Origin: Candidatus Eremiobacteria bacterium
GTDB taxonomy: Bacteria > Vulcanimicrobiota > Vulcanimicrobiia > Vulcanimicrobiales > Vulcanimicrobiaceae
Length of the DNA: 64,000 nt
Assembly: GCA_963737065.1 (NCBI GenBank)
Contig: CAVTRC010000001.1
Coordinates: 416,001-480,000 of the forward strand
Direction of reading: 5' to 3'
Part shown: in pieces, positions 28,810 through 39,206 of the stretch
Layout: the number at the start of each line of letters is the position of its first letter
Position numbering within the stretch: the stretch's first letter is position 1
Program-made: the position numbers and the translations under genes
Notes under the pieces: model-generated
What the model was told of the DNA's origin: nothing
Seen by the model: only the letters and a program-made list of their open reading frames with translations
Database searches by the model: none

Positions 28810-30009
28810 TCAGTCGTCGGTGACGTTCACCTTGACGATTTCACCTGCGGTATTCGTCGGCTGCCCGAAGCCTTTGTTGGAGATGTAGAGCGTGTTATGG
28901 TCGTCGAACGTCATCGCGGTCGGGAAACTTAGCCCGAGGATGATCTCGTGCCACGAGCCGTCGGGTTCGAGCCGCACGACCCTTCCGCTGTTCGCGACGG
29001 ATGGTATGGGCGCGAAAAAGCCCGTGAAGGCTTCCAAGGCGTAGATCCGCCCGTGATGCACCGCGACGCCGGTAACTGCGGTAAGTCCAGAGGCGATTTC
29101 GGAGAGCGCGCCTCGCGTCGTCAAATGAAAAACCTTGGCGCGATATCGAGAGCCGGGGTCAAACGTGTTGAGATTTCCGAGCACGAAGCCATCGCGGGAC
29201 AACGCGAGCGATGTGGGAACGATATGTCCTTGCGTGGCCGAAACGTCGACGAGCCGTCTGATGCGACCTTCCCGCGTGACGACATCGACTTCTCCGTGAT
29301 TCGGCTCAACCGCATAAAACGCGTCGCAGAATACTTGAAAACTGTACCACGTGCCATCGGGCTCAAAATCGCCGGGATTTTCATGAGCCGTGGGATGTTC
29401 CATGATAAATTTGCTCAAGTTGACGATCGGCGTAGCCGTGCCGTCGCGACTGATACGATCGATGCTATTGTACGTGCCGATCAAACCATGCGAACATCCG
29501 GCGGCCGCGGTGAGCGCATAGAGCGTGCCGTGCAAGAACGCGACGTCCGCAACGCCGCTGACATAACTGCCGGATGCTGCCGCCGTCTGATTCGACGGAA
29601 GACCGTGAGCGACTGTTGCGCGCACACCGGTCGCCACTTCTATCGACGAAATGCGCCCCGTGAATCCTCCAAGATACGGTCCAATGGGAGCCGGAACTTG
29701 CTCGCACTTGCCGACGGTGCTCCGATAGCCGCCGAGACCGCCTTCGGCAACGTAGAGGCGGCCGTCCGGGCCAAACTTGATTCCACGCGGATTTTCAAGC
29801 CCCGTCGCAACGACGGTATGCGCCACAAGCGGCTGCGGCACTTCCCTAATCCCGGTGTCGGCCGCCGGAATAGCGCGCGTCTCGCCTGCTGGAATTACGC
29901 TTGTAGTGCGTCCGTTCTGTCCGCCGCCGGAGCACGCGGTAATGCCGACAATACAAAAAGCGCACGGCACCGCCCAAAAACGGAGCGTGCGAACGATATG
30001 CGTTTTCAT
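28810..30009 (-). CDS. ScyD/ScyE-like beta-propeller lipoprotein
   Basis: TAC lipobox, GLENPRGIKFGPDGRLYVAE.G, VPT and GLSFPT repeats. Confidence 0.8.
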   Translation of the reverse strand: MKTHIVRTLRFWAVPCAFCIVGITACSGGGQNGRTTSVIPAGETRAIPAADTGIREVPQPLVAHTVVATGLENPRGIKFGPDGRLYVAEGGLGGYRSTVGKCEQVPAPIGPYLGGFTGRISSIEVATGVRATVAHGLPSNQTAAASGSYVSGVADVAFLHGTLYALTAAAGCSHGLIGTYNSIDRISRDGTATPIVNLSKFIMEHPTAHENPGDFEPDGTWYSFQVFCDAFYAVEPNHGEVDVVTREGRIRRLVDVSATQGHIVPTSLALSRDGFVLGNLNTFDPGSRYRAKVFHLTTRGALSEIASGLTAVTGVAVHHGRIYALEAFTGFFAPIPSVANSGRVVRLEPDGSWHEIILGLSFPTAMTFDDHNTLYISNKGFGQPTNTAGEIVKVNVTDD

Positions 30010-30263
30010 TAGGACACCTCGAAGTAGCAACTTCAGTAACGAATCAGCGCAGCACCTTAAGCAATGCATCGCACACTATGTCCGGGAGCGACAAATTGCC
30101 CGCTCTACATGCGATAACGATCCGCACCGGAATGGTACCAAAGTGTCTCGAACCGTAACCAGGACCTAAAAAGTCATTCCGCAGCCAGGTTTTGCGCATG
30201 CGAAATTCATCGTTCAAAGTTGCGCGTTTAGGCCAGCAAGCCGGCGTACGAATCGGGAGCGAG

Positions 30264-31238
30264 ATGAAACTTCACAATCGCACCACGCATCCGGAAGACC
30301 TTGAACAATGTCTAGCTTTACTTCGAGATCGCTTCTTATATAGTGAAGCCGAACTCCGTCACTTGCGGACGATGTGGTTCACGCTGCTCACGCGCGACAT
30401 CGGCCGTTCGGGAGTGGTTTTTGACGAAGCAGAACCTCGACGCATTCTCGCCTTCGGCATATCCGCGCCCCTTAGACAGACGCGGTTCGCGAAGGTTTTA
30501 CGCGACGGAGCCCCGTTCATTGCTAGAATGTTGCTGCGCGAATGGTTATCCGATCAGAAGCCGTTTCTTGATGAGCGCGAATACGCTTGCGCGAACGCGT
30601 CCGACGGCCTTAGCGTATTTGTCTTGCATAACGGCATATCCGACGTCGTGGGCGTCCTCGATATACCGCGCGTGTTGTCAAAACTCTCTGATGGTTTCAT
30701 TGCTTACCACACCGGCTGCCAGCTACAAGCGGTGGCGCACGAATCGTTCGGCATGCCTCGAGAGTTTGCCATCGACCTTGGCCAGACGTTCGTTGAGTAT
30801 GCTGCGGAGAGCCGTCGGGAACTCGCAGATTGCCCGGTCGACCGAGATCCCTTGATTACCATCATGACGCGCGAGCAGGCTGCGGCGCATCCGGGGAATC
30901 TCGCGCTGAACGCGCTTTTTCTTCGATTTAATCCGCCAAAATTTTCTTTGAAGGCGAACGAGCGTCGCCTGCTTCAGTTTGCAGTCGATGGTGAGAGCGA
31001 CCTTAGGATTGCTGACCTCCTTAAGATCGCCCCTCGTACTCTGAAAAAACGTTGGGCGGACATCTACCAGATCATGGAACCCGCAACCGGCGTGCGCAGC
31101 GGTGAGTTGAGCGGACATCGTGGTGCCGAAGCTCGTCGACACATTCTGCGGTACATCAGAGAACATCCGGAAGAACTTCATGCGTACGCTACTTTCGGAG
31201 CGCTGCATCATGGCGCGGAAATAAGCCTTAGCAGGTAG
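30264..31238 (+). CDS. Hypothetical protein with C-terminal LuxR-like HTH
   Basis: ERRLL..A..G.SD..IA..L.I...T.KKRW..IY; GGGAG RBS. Confidence 0.7.
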   Translation: MKLHNRTTHPEDLEQCLALLRDRFLYSEAELRHLRTMWFTLLTRDIGRSGVVFDEAEPRRILAFGISAPLRQTRFAKVLRDGAPFIARMLLREWLSDQKPFLDEREYACANASDGLSVFVLHNGISDVVGVLDIPRVLSKLSDGFIAYHTGCQLQAVAHESFGMPREFAIDLGQTFVEYAAESRRELADCPVDRDPLITIMTREQAAAHPGNLALNALFLRFNPPKFSLKANERRLLQFAVDGESDLRIADLLKIAPRTLKKRWADIYQIMEPATGVRSGELSGHRGAEARRHILRYIREHPEELHAYATFGALHHGAEISLSR

Positions 31239-31259
31239 CAAACATTCTGGCTCGCGGGC

Positions 31260-32672
31260 TTAAGGAGCAGCCGTTTTCGACGCGCGACGCCGGCGCCACT
31301 GCGCCACGGCATAGACGGCCGCGCCGACGGCAAGCAGCACGACCGTCAGTCCAACGATCTTGATGACCGCAAGCGGTTTGTTCGGTTCGTCTGCGGACGG
31401 AATCGTTGAGAATACAATTGCGAAAATTGTCGTCATCAACCCGACGATCGATGCGAGCACGACGGATGTATGCCCGCCGGGGATCGATACGCCGACCGCG
31501 GGCTCGCGCACTTTGATCGCGGACGAGAAGATAAAGAGAAACGGCACCATCGTGACGAGCACCGTCATGCTGACGAGCACGTCGTACGCGCCGTGGACGC
31601 TCGTGCCGCCTTGTCCGACAACGATCACGAGCACTGCAAGAACGAATTGCGTCAGCAGCGACACGACCGGCGAACCGTACTTCGGGTGCATTTTTCCGAA
31701 CGCGCTCGGCAGATATGCATCAAGCCCTGCGACGAACGGCAAGCGCGCCACCGAACCGAGCCATGCGCCGACGCTGCCCATGCAACTGATCGCGACGAGT
31801 ACCGCGGCGGCGGGCGTCAGAATCGACCAGCCGGCGCGCGACGCGATGTGTTCGATCGCCTGCACGACACCGTATTGGCTGTTGACTGAATCAGCGTTTA
31901 CCGCGACGAGCACGGCGATCGTACCGAGGATGTAGATGCCGCCGATGAACGGCGCGCCGATTGCGATGCCGAGCGGAATCGTGCGGCGCGGATTACGGAT
32001 CTCGCCGGCGATCAACGAGATCGACTCAGGGCCGGTCCATGCGAATGCGATCGTCGACCAGAAAATCAAGTCTTTCACGCCCGCGGTCGGGCGTATTGAG
32101 TGCACGTTTATCGGTGTCGCCGACCCGAATCGATTCCACGCGTAGATGCCCACGCCGATGAGTAGCAGCGTCACGCTCCAACGCGCGACCGCGCCGACGT
32201 TGTTCAACCACTTCTCGACGTCGAGGCCAAAAATGTTGAGCACCGTACCGATCGCGAGACCGCCGATCGAACACAGCATAAAGAAGCTCGCCGACGTGCG
32301 CAGACCCACACCACCGGGTGAAATATACAGCGCGTTTCCGACCATGAAGTACAACAGTGCCGGGAAATACGGAAGATTGGTCGTCCAATAGCTCCAGCCG
32401 GTCATGAACCCGCTGAACGACCCGAAAGCGTGCTTGCTCCACATGTAGAGCCCGCCTTCTTCCGGATACACGGAATTCAAATAGATAACCGCAATCGCGA
32501 GCGGCACGAACATCGCGAAGCAGCCGATGATCCAGACGGTGACGGAACTCGCGCCGGCTGCTGCAGCGGTCGCACACCATTGCAGATTCGAGCCGGTAAT
32601 AACGAAGAACAACACAACGTCGAGCAGTCCGAGACTGCGTTTGAGATGCACCGTTTCAACCGGCGATGCCAT
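31260..32672 (-). CDS. APC family amino acid permease
   Basis: Polytopic; YPEEGGLY.W, GPES...AGEIRNPRRTIP. Confidence 0.9.
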   Translation of the reverse strand: MASPVETVHLKRSLGLLDVVLFFVITGSNLQWCATAAAAGASSVTVWIIGCFAMFVPLAIAVIYLNSVYPEEGGLYMWSKHAFGSFSGFMTGWSYWTTNLPYFPALLYFMVGNALYISPGGVGLRTSASFFMLCSIGGLAIGTVLNIFGLDVEKWLNNVGAVARWSVTLLLIGVGIYAWNRFGSATPINVHSIRPTAGVKDLIFWSTIAFAWTGPESISLIAGEIRNPRRTIPLGIAIGAPFIGGIYILGTIAVLVAVNADSVNSQYGVVQAIEHIASRAGWSILTPAAAVLVAISCMGSVGAWLGSVARLPFVAGLDAYLPSAFGKMHPKYGSPVVSLLTQFVLAVLVIVVGQGGTSVHGAYDVLVSMTVLVTMVPFLFIFSSAIKVREPAVGVSIPGGHTSVVLASIVGLMTTIFAIVFSTIPSADEPNKPLAVIKIVGLTVVLLAVGAAVYAVAQWRRRRASKTAAP

Positions 32673-32722
32673 GCAAAAGGGCGGGTTCTCACCCGCCCCC
32701 GCATTATCCGTCTATCGTTACG

Positions 32723-33193
32723 TTATTCGATTACGGTTGCATAGAAGTTGTCGCCGGTCCAGTAGCCGTACGCGACGATCTGACGTCCGACGGCAACTCT
32801 ACCGGTCTGCATACGGTCGAGTGCCGGTTGATCGTTGATGACAACCGTCTTCGTCGCTTGCTGAATCGTGACGAGATGACCTTTTACCGCCGTGATCGTT
32901 CCGACAACGCGTGCGCGATGCGGCCCGACGGCATAACTTGGGCATTTTCCGTTCGACGTCCACGTGCCGTTCGACCAGTCGCCGCAGATTGGATCGCCGT
33001 ATTGATTGTTCGGCCCCATCGCAGCAGTGTCGTCGAGGTCCGCGTTCGGATCCTTATCGACCGTCGTCGTGGTTGTCGTCGTTGTTTGCTGCGTCGTGGT
33101 TCCTTGCGTGTCTTGATTTTGCGTTTGCGCCATCGCGACCGCCCCGGTTGAGAGTGCGAGCAGCGCTGCAAGCGCGAGGCTAACATATTTCAT
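32723..33193 (-). CDS. Secreted hypothetical protein with Thr-rich N-terminus
   Basis: Signal peptide ending in AMA, poly-Thr, Cys pair, beta-rich C-terminus. Confidence 0.7.
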   Translation of the reverse strand: MKYVSLALAALLALSTGAVAMAQTQNQDTQGTTTQQTTTTTTTTVDKDPNADLDDTAAMGPNNQYGDPICGDWSNGTWTSNGKCPSYAVGPHRARVVGTITAVKGHLVTIQQATKTVVINDQPALDRMQTGRVAVGRQIVAYGYWTGDNFYATVIE

Positions 33194-33254
33194 GTCACCC
33201 AATGTACCCGCAGATCATACCCGACTTAGCGTTGCACCCGCTCGCTTGCACGAC

Positions 33255-34376
33255 TTAACGCTCGTAAAGCCGACGCCGCACGGCTGCTTGCACGACTTCA
33301 TGTTCCAGCGGATGCAGCCGCGCGAACACCGCCCGTCCGTCCTCTTCCGGGCTTACGCGCATCGGACGCCGAGCGAGGACGGGACCGCGGTCCGCTTCGA
33401 GCGTCACTACGTGCATCGTTGCGCCGACCCAAGCGCTTCCGGCGCTAAGGGCATCGCGTACTGCGCGTGCGCCGCGAAACGCCGGGATTTCGCACCCGTC
33501 CGGCATGCCGACGACGTCACGGCTGGAATCGAGCGGTAAAAACGCGGGATGAATGTTGAGCAACGCGGGAAACGCGGTGACAAAACGGGCGTCGAGCAGA
33601 TGCATCCAGCCGAGCAGCAACACGAGTTCGGGTTCGGAGCTCGACACGCGACTCAGCAACATCGCATCGTAGCGGCCGCGTGACTGTTGCGCCCGATCCC
33701 ACACGACGCTTTGCGCTGAAATGCCGGCGCGTTCGGCCCGCTGCAGGACGTATGCATCGGCGCGATTGCTGACAACGGCGCGCAGATCGAGTGGTAATCC
33801 TGCGCGGACGCTGTCGATTACCGACTGCGCGTTCGTGCCGCTTCCGGATGCAAGAATGACGGTTCGCGGCGGCCGTCCTACGAATTGCATCGGATCGAAT
33901 TGTTCCGCGATCCGTGCCCGCGTCTGCCGTTGATAGTACGCGATGAGCCGCTCCGCGCCGACGGCCGCGATCACGGCACGCGCATAACCGCGTGCGCGAA
34001 GTTCGCACAGCGCAACGGCGAGCAATGCTGGGCCGACCGCGCTTCCGCGTTCGCTTCCGACAACGCCGAACGGGCCAAAAACGCCGGCGCCGTGTGCCGC
34101 CGCGACACCGCGCAGCCACGCGAAGCGCAGTCCCCGTGCGTCGAACGTGGCGAAACCGATCGGCGTGCCGTCGCGTGTTGCGACGACGTTCGAACCTGCA
34201 TTCGCTTCGCTGCTCCAGGTGCCGCCGAACGCATCATCAATCCACGCAAGAACGCGATCGGAAGCGCCGTGATGAACGTTCAGCGTGACGCCGATCGTAT
34301 CGAGCGTCCGCTGCTCGTGCGCGACTCGCTGCGCGCCATAACGTTCGTCGAGCTCGACGACGAGGTTGGCAAACAC
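33255..34376 (-). CDS. purN: GNAT acetyltransferase-like domain fused to phosphoribosylglycinamide formyltransferase
   Basis: GPFGV...RGSAVG GNAT motif A; ASGSGTN, NIHP, GATMHVV...DRGP; downstream of purM. Confidence 0.82.
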   Translation of the reverse strand: MFANLVVELDERYGAQRVAHEQRTLDTIGVTLNVHHGASDRVLAWIDDAFGGTWSSEANAGSNVVATRDGTPIGFATFDARGLRFAWLRGVAAAHGAGVFGPFGVVGSERGSAVGPALLAVALCELRARGYARAVIAAVGAERLIAYYQRQTRARIAEQFDPMQFVGRPPRTVILASGSGTNAQSVIDSVRAGLPLDLRAVVSNRADAYVLQRAERAGISAQSVVWDRAQQSRGRYDAMLLSRVSSSEPELVLLLGWMHLLDARFVTAFPALLNIHPAFLPLDSSRDVVGMPDGCEIPAFRGARAVRDALSAGSAWVGATMHVVTLEADRGPVLARRPMRVSPEEDGRAVFARLHPLEHEVVQAAVRRRLYER

Positions 34377-34385
34377 GTATCGCGG

Positions 34386-35423
34386 TTACGTCCCCGAGCG
34401 ATGCACGACGACGTGCGGCTCGTCGTCGCGGCGCGACTCGATTCGCCCGACGATGCGCGCGGGCGGAGCGGCCTGCAGTGCTTTTTCCGCATCGGCATGC
34501 GGCACCACGAGCGTGTAGCCTATGCCCATGTTTAGCGTGCGATACGCTTCGTCATCGCGCAACGAGCCGCGGCGCACGAGCTCGGCCATGATCGGCGGCA
34601 CCGTCCAACGCGTCTGGTCGAAGACGGCTTTTACGCCTGCGGGCAGCGTGCGGGGAACGTTCTCGAGCAATCCGCCACCGGTAATGTGCGCCATCGTTTT
34701 GACCCGCGCAACATGCTCGATCGCGCGCACCGCGTCGTAATACGACGGATGTTCGGCGAGCAAGGCATCAGCGTATGTCGTTCCGTCGAACGTTGCGTTC
34801 CACTCATCGCGTGGAATGAGGGCGCGCGCGAGCGAGTACCCGTTGGTATGCAAGCCGACCGCCGGTAAACCGACGATCGCATCGCCGGCTTCAACCGTCT
34901 CCGGTTTCGGCACGTCGTTTACGTCGACGATACCGACGATCGTACCCGCTAGATCGAAATGTCCGGGCGCGTAGAGGCCCGGCATCTCAGCCGTTTCACC
35001 GCCGAGCAACGCGCAGTCGTGCGCGCGACACGCGTTCGCGCATCCTTCGACAACGGCGGCAGCGACCGCCGGATCCAATTTTCCGGCGGCGAAGTAATCG
35101 AGGAAAAACATCGGCGTCGCATTGACGACCAAGATGTCGTTCACACAATGATTGACGAGGTCGCGTCCTACGCCGCCGTACCGGTGGAGCTCCGCGGCGA
35201 TCAAAATCTTCGTGCCGACACCGTCCGCGGAGGCTACGAGCGCGCGATCGCCGCCGCCCGGTAAGCGAAAGATGCCGCCAAACCCACCGATCGCGTCGAG
35301 CTGATCCGGATGACGCCACGAACCGAGCACGGATTTGTACCGCGCGACTGCTTCGTTCCCGGCGCCAATATCGACGCCGGCGCGCGCATACGCGTCCTGG
35401 GTCCGACTTTCGTCGCTCACCAC
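34386..35423 (-). CDS. purM: Phosphoribosylformylglycinamidine cyclo-ligase (AIR synthetase)
   Basis: YARAGVDI, DGVGTK, GGETAEMPG, HITGGG, NMGIG. Confidence 0.96.
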   Translation of the reverse strand: MVSDESRTQDAYARAGVDIGAGNEAVARYKSVLGSWRHPDQLDAIGGFGGIFRLPGGGDRALVASADGVGTKILIAAELHRYGGVGRDLVNHCVNDILVVNATPMFFLDYFAAGKLDPAVAAAVVEGCANACRAHDCALLGGETAEMPGLYAPGHFDLAGTIVGIVDVNDVPKPETVEAGDAIVGLPAVGLHTNGYSLARALIPRDEWNATFDGTTYADALLAEHPSYYDAVRAIEHVARVKTMAHITGGGLLENVPRTLPAGVKAVFDQTRWTVPPIMAELVRRGSLRDDEAYRTLNMGIGYTLVVPHADAEKALQAAPPARIVGRIESRRDDEPHVVVHRSGT

Positions 35424-35517
35424 CGCACCTGCGAAGGGCGAACAGAGCGTAGCAGACGAAAGTAGGAGACGTTTCTTAGCATCCGATCCACTAGTTCACC
35501 CAACTGAAAGGTAGCCC

Positions 35518-37041
35518 ATGCAAGTCCGTATCGCACACGATGCGCCGGCCACCGTGCGCACCGGCGCGCTGGTCGTTCCCGTATTTTCCGGATCAGAATT
35601 GACCGGCCCGGCGAAAGCCGTCGATGCCGCGCTCAACGGTGCAATCGCCGACGTTCTTTCGTCGGGTGAGATGAAAGGCAAACTCGCCGAGCTCGCATAC
35701 CTTCACGCGAAGGATCAACCGTTCCACCGCGTGCTCGTCGTTGGACTCGGTGAATCGGACAAGTTCGAACCGTTCATGCTTGCGCGTTATGCGGGAACCG
35801 CCGTTCGCTACCTCGGACGCCGGAAGATCACCGAAATTGCAATCGCGCTGCCGGAAGCGGCAAGAGCCGATGCGACGGCCGCCGCGTCATTCATCGCGGA
35901 GGGTTCAATTTCCGGATCGTTCGACACGTCGATTTATCAAGGCGATGAAGACAAACGCAATGCGATCGAGACGGTGACGATTCTTGCGGGCGATGCCGAT
36001 GTGGGCGCGCTCGAGGCCGGCTGTAATCGCGGCACGATTCTCGGCGAAGCCGTAAACTTCGCGCGCACGCTTGCCGTAACACCGGCAAACGACATGACGC
36101 CGACGATTCTTGCGGATGAAGCGACGAAAGCTGCCGGCGAAAGCGGCCTCGAGGTCGAAGTCTTCGACGAAACGCGGGCGCGCGGCGAAGGAATGGGGTC
36201 GTTCCTTTCCGTCGCTCAAGGCAGCGCGCAGCCGCCGAAATTCATCGTGCTTCGCTATAGCGGCGATCCGGGCAACAAAGAACTGATCGCGCTCGTCGGC
36301 AAAGGCATTACGTTCGACACCGGCGGTATTTCGCTGAAGCCGCCGGAGCGTATGGAAGAGATGAAATACGACATGTCGGGTGGCGCGGGCGTCATTGCGG
36401 CGATGCGCGCGATCGGCAAACTCAAGCCGAAGATCAACGTTGTCGGCCTCGTTCCCGCGACGGAAAACATGCCCGGCGGAAAAGCGACGAAGCCGGGCGA
36501 CATCGTGAAAGCGATGAACGGTAAAACGATCGAAGTGATCAACACCGATGCGGAAGGCCGCTTGATTCTTGCGGATGCGCTCTGCTACGCGAACAAACTG
36601 GGCGCAACGAAGATGATCGACTGCGCGACGTTGACCGGCGCATGCGTGATCGCGCTCGGGCATGCCGCAAGCGCCGCCGTAACGAACGACGACGCCTTCG
36701 TCGAACAGTTCCTCAACGTTGCAAAGTCGACCGGCGAGCGGTACTGGCACATGCCGATGTACGAAGATTACGGCAACGCGATGAAGAGCGACATCGCGGA
36801 TTTGAAAAATACCGGCGGTCGCGCTGCCGGCACGCTTACCGCCGCGGCATTCTTGAAGTCGTTCGTGGCCGAAACGCCGTGGATTCACCTCGACATTGCA
36901 GGGACCGCGTACCTCGACAACGAGTTCGCGTGGCAAGCAAAAGGCCCGACCGGCACACCGGTCCGCGCGCTCGTCTCCTACGTCGAAACGCTCGCGGGCT
37001 CACCGGTGATTCACGCAAACGGCGTGAAGGCAACCGTTTGA
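35518..37041 (+). CDS. pepA: Leucyl aminopeptidase (M17)
   Basis: GKGITFDTGG, MKYDM, NTDAEGRL, HLDIAG. Confidence 0.96.
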   Translation: MQVRIAHDAPATVRTGALVVPVFSGSELTGPAKAVDAALNGAIADVLSSGEMKGKLAELAYLHAKDQPFHRVLVVGLGESDKFEPFMLARYAGTAVRYLGRRKITEIAIALPEAARADATAAASFIAEGSISGSFDTSIYQGDEDKRNAIETVTILAGDADVGALEAGCNRGTILGEAVNFARTLAVTPANDMTPTILADEATKAAGESGLEVEVFDETRARGEGMGSFLSVAQGSAQPPKFIVLRYSGDPGNKELIALVGKGITFDTGGISLKPPERMEEMKYDMSGGAGVIAAMRAIGKLKPKINVVGLVPATENMPGGKATKPGDIVKAMNGKTIEVINTDAEGRLILADALCYANKLGATKMIDCATLTGACVIALGHAASAAVTNDDAFVEQFLNVAKSTGERYWHMPMYEDYGNAMKSDIADLKNTGGRAAGTLTAAAFLKSFVAETPWIHLDIAGTAYLDNEFAWQAKGPTGTPVRALVSYVETLAGSPVIHANGVKATV

Positions 37042-37061
37042 ACTAACGTGTCAGCGTAGCT

Positions 37062-38315
37062 TTGTCGAAGGACGAACCGACACCAGGGCCCGGGCGACTC
37101 CGGGCCCTTTTTCGCAATCGCGAATTCGTTGCGTACTTCATCGCGCGGCAAAGCGGATGGTTTGCAACGTCGGTCGCGGACGTGACCATCGGATGGCAAG
37201 TCTTTGCGATACGCCACCGCGCGCTTGATCTCGGTCTCGTCGGGTTGATTGCGTTCGTTCCACAGCTTCTGCTTGCGCTTCCGGCAGGCATACTGGCGGA
37301 TCGCGTTGACCGCAGACTGCTCGGCGTCGTCGTCAACGTCGTCAACTTCGTCTGCTCTCTTATCTACATCGCGCTCGCGGACGCGCATGCGGCGTCGATT
37401 ACGGCGTGGTTCTCCGTACTCGCAGTGCAATCGATAGCTTTCGCCGTCGGCGCGCCCGCGCAACGGTCGATCCTCGCACAGATCGTTCAAGGCGAGCGCT
37501 TCTTGCGCGCCTCCGCGCTCACGTCGTCGGCTGCGCAACTGATCACAATCGCCGGACCCGCAGTCGCCGGGCTGCTCATTGCCGTCGACGTGCCGTTTGC
37601 GTTCGCCGCTGCCGCTGTTGCGCAACTCATCACGGCAATTTCGTACGCAATGCTGACGCCTCGACCGCCCGAGCCGAGCGCGCACGCCGGCGTTTCGCCG
37701 CTGAGCGGCGCACTCGACGGCGCGCGCTACATCTTTGCGAATAGCGTCGTGCTCGGCGCTATCTCACTCGATCTCTTTGCCGTATTGTTCGGCGGCGCAA
37801 CCGCGCTGCTGCCGGTCTTCGCGACGCAGATTCTCCACGTCGGCGCATTCGGCTTCGGACTCCTGCGCGCGGCGCCCGCGATCGGCGCGGCCTGCACGGC
37901 GATCATCATCGCTCGACGGCCGCTTCGCCGTCACGCCGGGCGGTGGCTCTTCGCGTGCGTCGCGGGCTTCGGCGTTTTCACGATCGTCTTCGGGCTCTCG
38001 CGTTCGTTCTGGCTCTCGTTCGCCGCGCTCGCGCTCGCCGACGCGTGCGACATGGTAAGCGTGACGATTCGAACCGCGCTCGTGCAACTGCGCACGCCGG
38101 ACATCATGCGCGGGCGCGTCTCCGCCGTCGAAAACATCTTCATCGGTGCATCGAACGAACTCGGCGCGTTCGAATCCGGCGGAGTGGCATCCCTGATCGG
38201 CGCCGCGCCGAGCGTTGTTCTCGGCGGTGCCGGAACGTTGATCGTCATCGCGCTATGGACGCTGCTGTTTCCGTCGTTACGCCGATTCGATCGCTTGACG
38301 GACGAACGAGAGTGA
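37062..38315 (+). CDS. MFS transporter
   Basis: G.LADRVDRR motif A, LDLFAVLFGG, ASNELGAFESG. Confidence 0.9.
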   Translation: MSKDEPTPGPGRLRALFRNREFVAYFIARQSGWFATSVADVTIGWQVFAIRHRALDLGLVGLIAFVPQLLLALPAGILADRVDRRLLGVVVNVVNFVCSLIYIALADAHAASITAWFSVLAVQSIAFAVGAPAQRSILAQIVQGERFLRASALTSSAAQLITIAGPAVAGLLIAVDVPFAFAAAAVAQLITAISYAMLTPRPPEPSAHAGVSPLSGALDGARYIFANSVVLGAISLDLFAVLFGGATALLPVFATQILHVGAFGFGLLRAAPAIGAACTAIIIARRPLRRHAGRWLFACVAGFGVFTIVFGLSRSFWLSFAALALADACDMVSVTIRTALVQLRTPDIMRGRVSAVENIFIGASNELGAFESGGVASLIGAAPSVVLGGAGTLIVIALWTLLFPSLRRFDRLTDERE

Positions 38316-38331
38316 CGGCGAATCGAACGCC

Positions 38332-39174
38332 ATGAACATTTTACGTGCGCTCGCGGCTTTCGTTACGGCAACCGTCGCGAGCACGCTCGTGCTCGCTTTT
38401 TCGCCCGTATCAGCGCAAACGAATGCGGTCGTTTCCGTTCTCTATGCCGGCTCGCTCGTGACACCGATGGAGGGTCCGATCAAGTCTGCATTGGCTGCGA
38501 AGGGAATCGACGTTCAAGGCCAGGGCGCGGGGAGCAAACAGCTCGCGAATTTTATCGCGTCCGGAATCAAGAACCCGGACGTGTTTATTAGCGTCGATCC
38601 AAAGCTCGTCTCAGGCCTGGGATCGAAGGTTGCACACGCGGAGACGTTTGCGGCAACGCGCCTTGGTATCGGGTGGTCCGATACATCGAAGTATGCGGCA
38701 CTTTTTCGAAGCGTCGCCTCCGGTAAGACGAGCGTGCTCATTGCATTGCAAACCCCGGGATTGAAGATCGGCCGCACCGATCCAAAACTCGACCCGAAAG
38801 GCACATACACCGTTGAAGCGATGAAACTGCTCGCCGGCGCGGACGAAGAGGAAAAAATATTCGGGCCTGATGAGAACAGCATGCAGACGTTTCCCGAAGA
38901 GGACTTGCTTGCGCGAATCGACGTCGGTGAAGCGGACGTAGGCTTCTTTTACAAAACCGAAGCCGTTGCGCGAGGCCTTCACTTCGTACCCTTGCCGGGC
39001 GCCGCAGCAATGAGCGACAAGATCACGTACACGATCGCAGTGATGAAGGCCGCGCCGCATCCGGATCAAGCCAAGGCATTCGAAGATTTCATCGTCAACG
39101 GAGAAGGCAAGACGATCCTGCAAAAGGCGGGCGTCGACTACTTCACCACACCGCGCTCGGTATCGCCGATTTGA
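38332..39174 (+). CDS. Molybdate/tungstate-type (WtpA/ModA-like) substrate-binding protein
   Basis: YAGSL, PDVFIS.D, RTDPKLDPKG, FFYKTEA. Confidence 0.78.
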   Translation: MNILRALAAFVTATVASTLVLAFSPVSAQTNAVVSVLYAGSLVTPMEGPIKSALAAKGIDVQGQGAGSKQLANFIASGIKNPDVFISVDPKLVSGLGSKVAHAETFAATRLGIGWSDTSKYAALFRSVASGKTSVLIALQTPGLKIGRTDPKLDPKGTYTVEAMKLLAGADEEEKIFGPDENSMQTFPEEDLLARIDVGEADVGFFYKTEAVARGLHFVPLPGAAAMSDKITYTIAVMKAAPHPDQAKAFEDFIVNGEGKTILQKAGVDYFTTPRSVSPI

Positions 39175-39205
39175 CGTAACGGCTAAATAGTTGTACGCTA
39201 CAACT
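39171..39205 (+). promoter_or_regulatory. Sigma70 promoter overlapped by a palindromic operator (probable MarR site)
   Basis: TTGACG(39171)-N17-TACGCT(39194); AGTTGTA-cgc-TACAACT at 39189-39205. Confidence 0.7.
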
Positions 39206-39206
39206 G

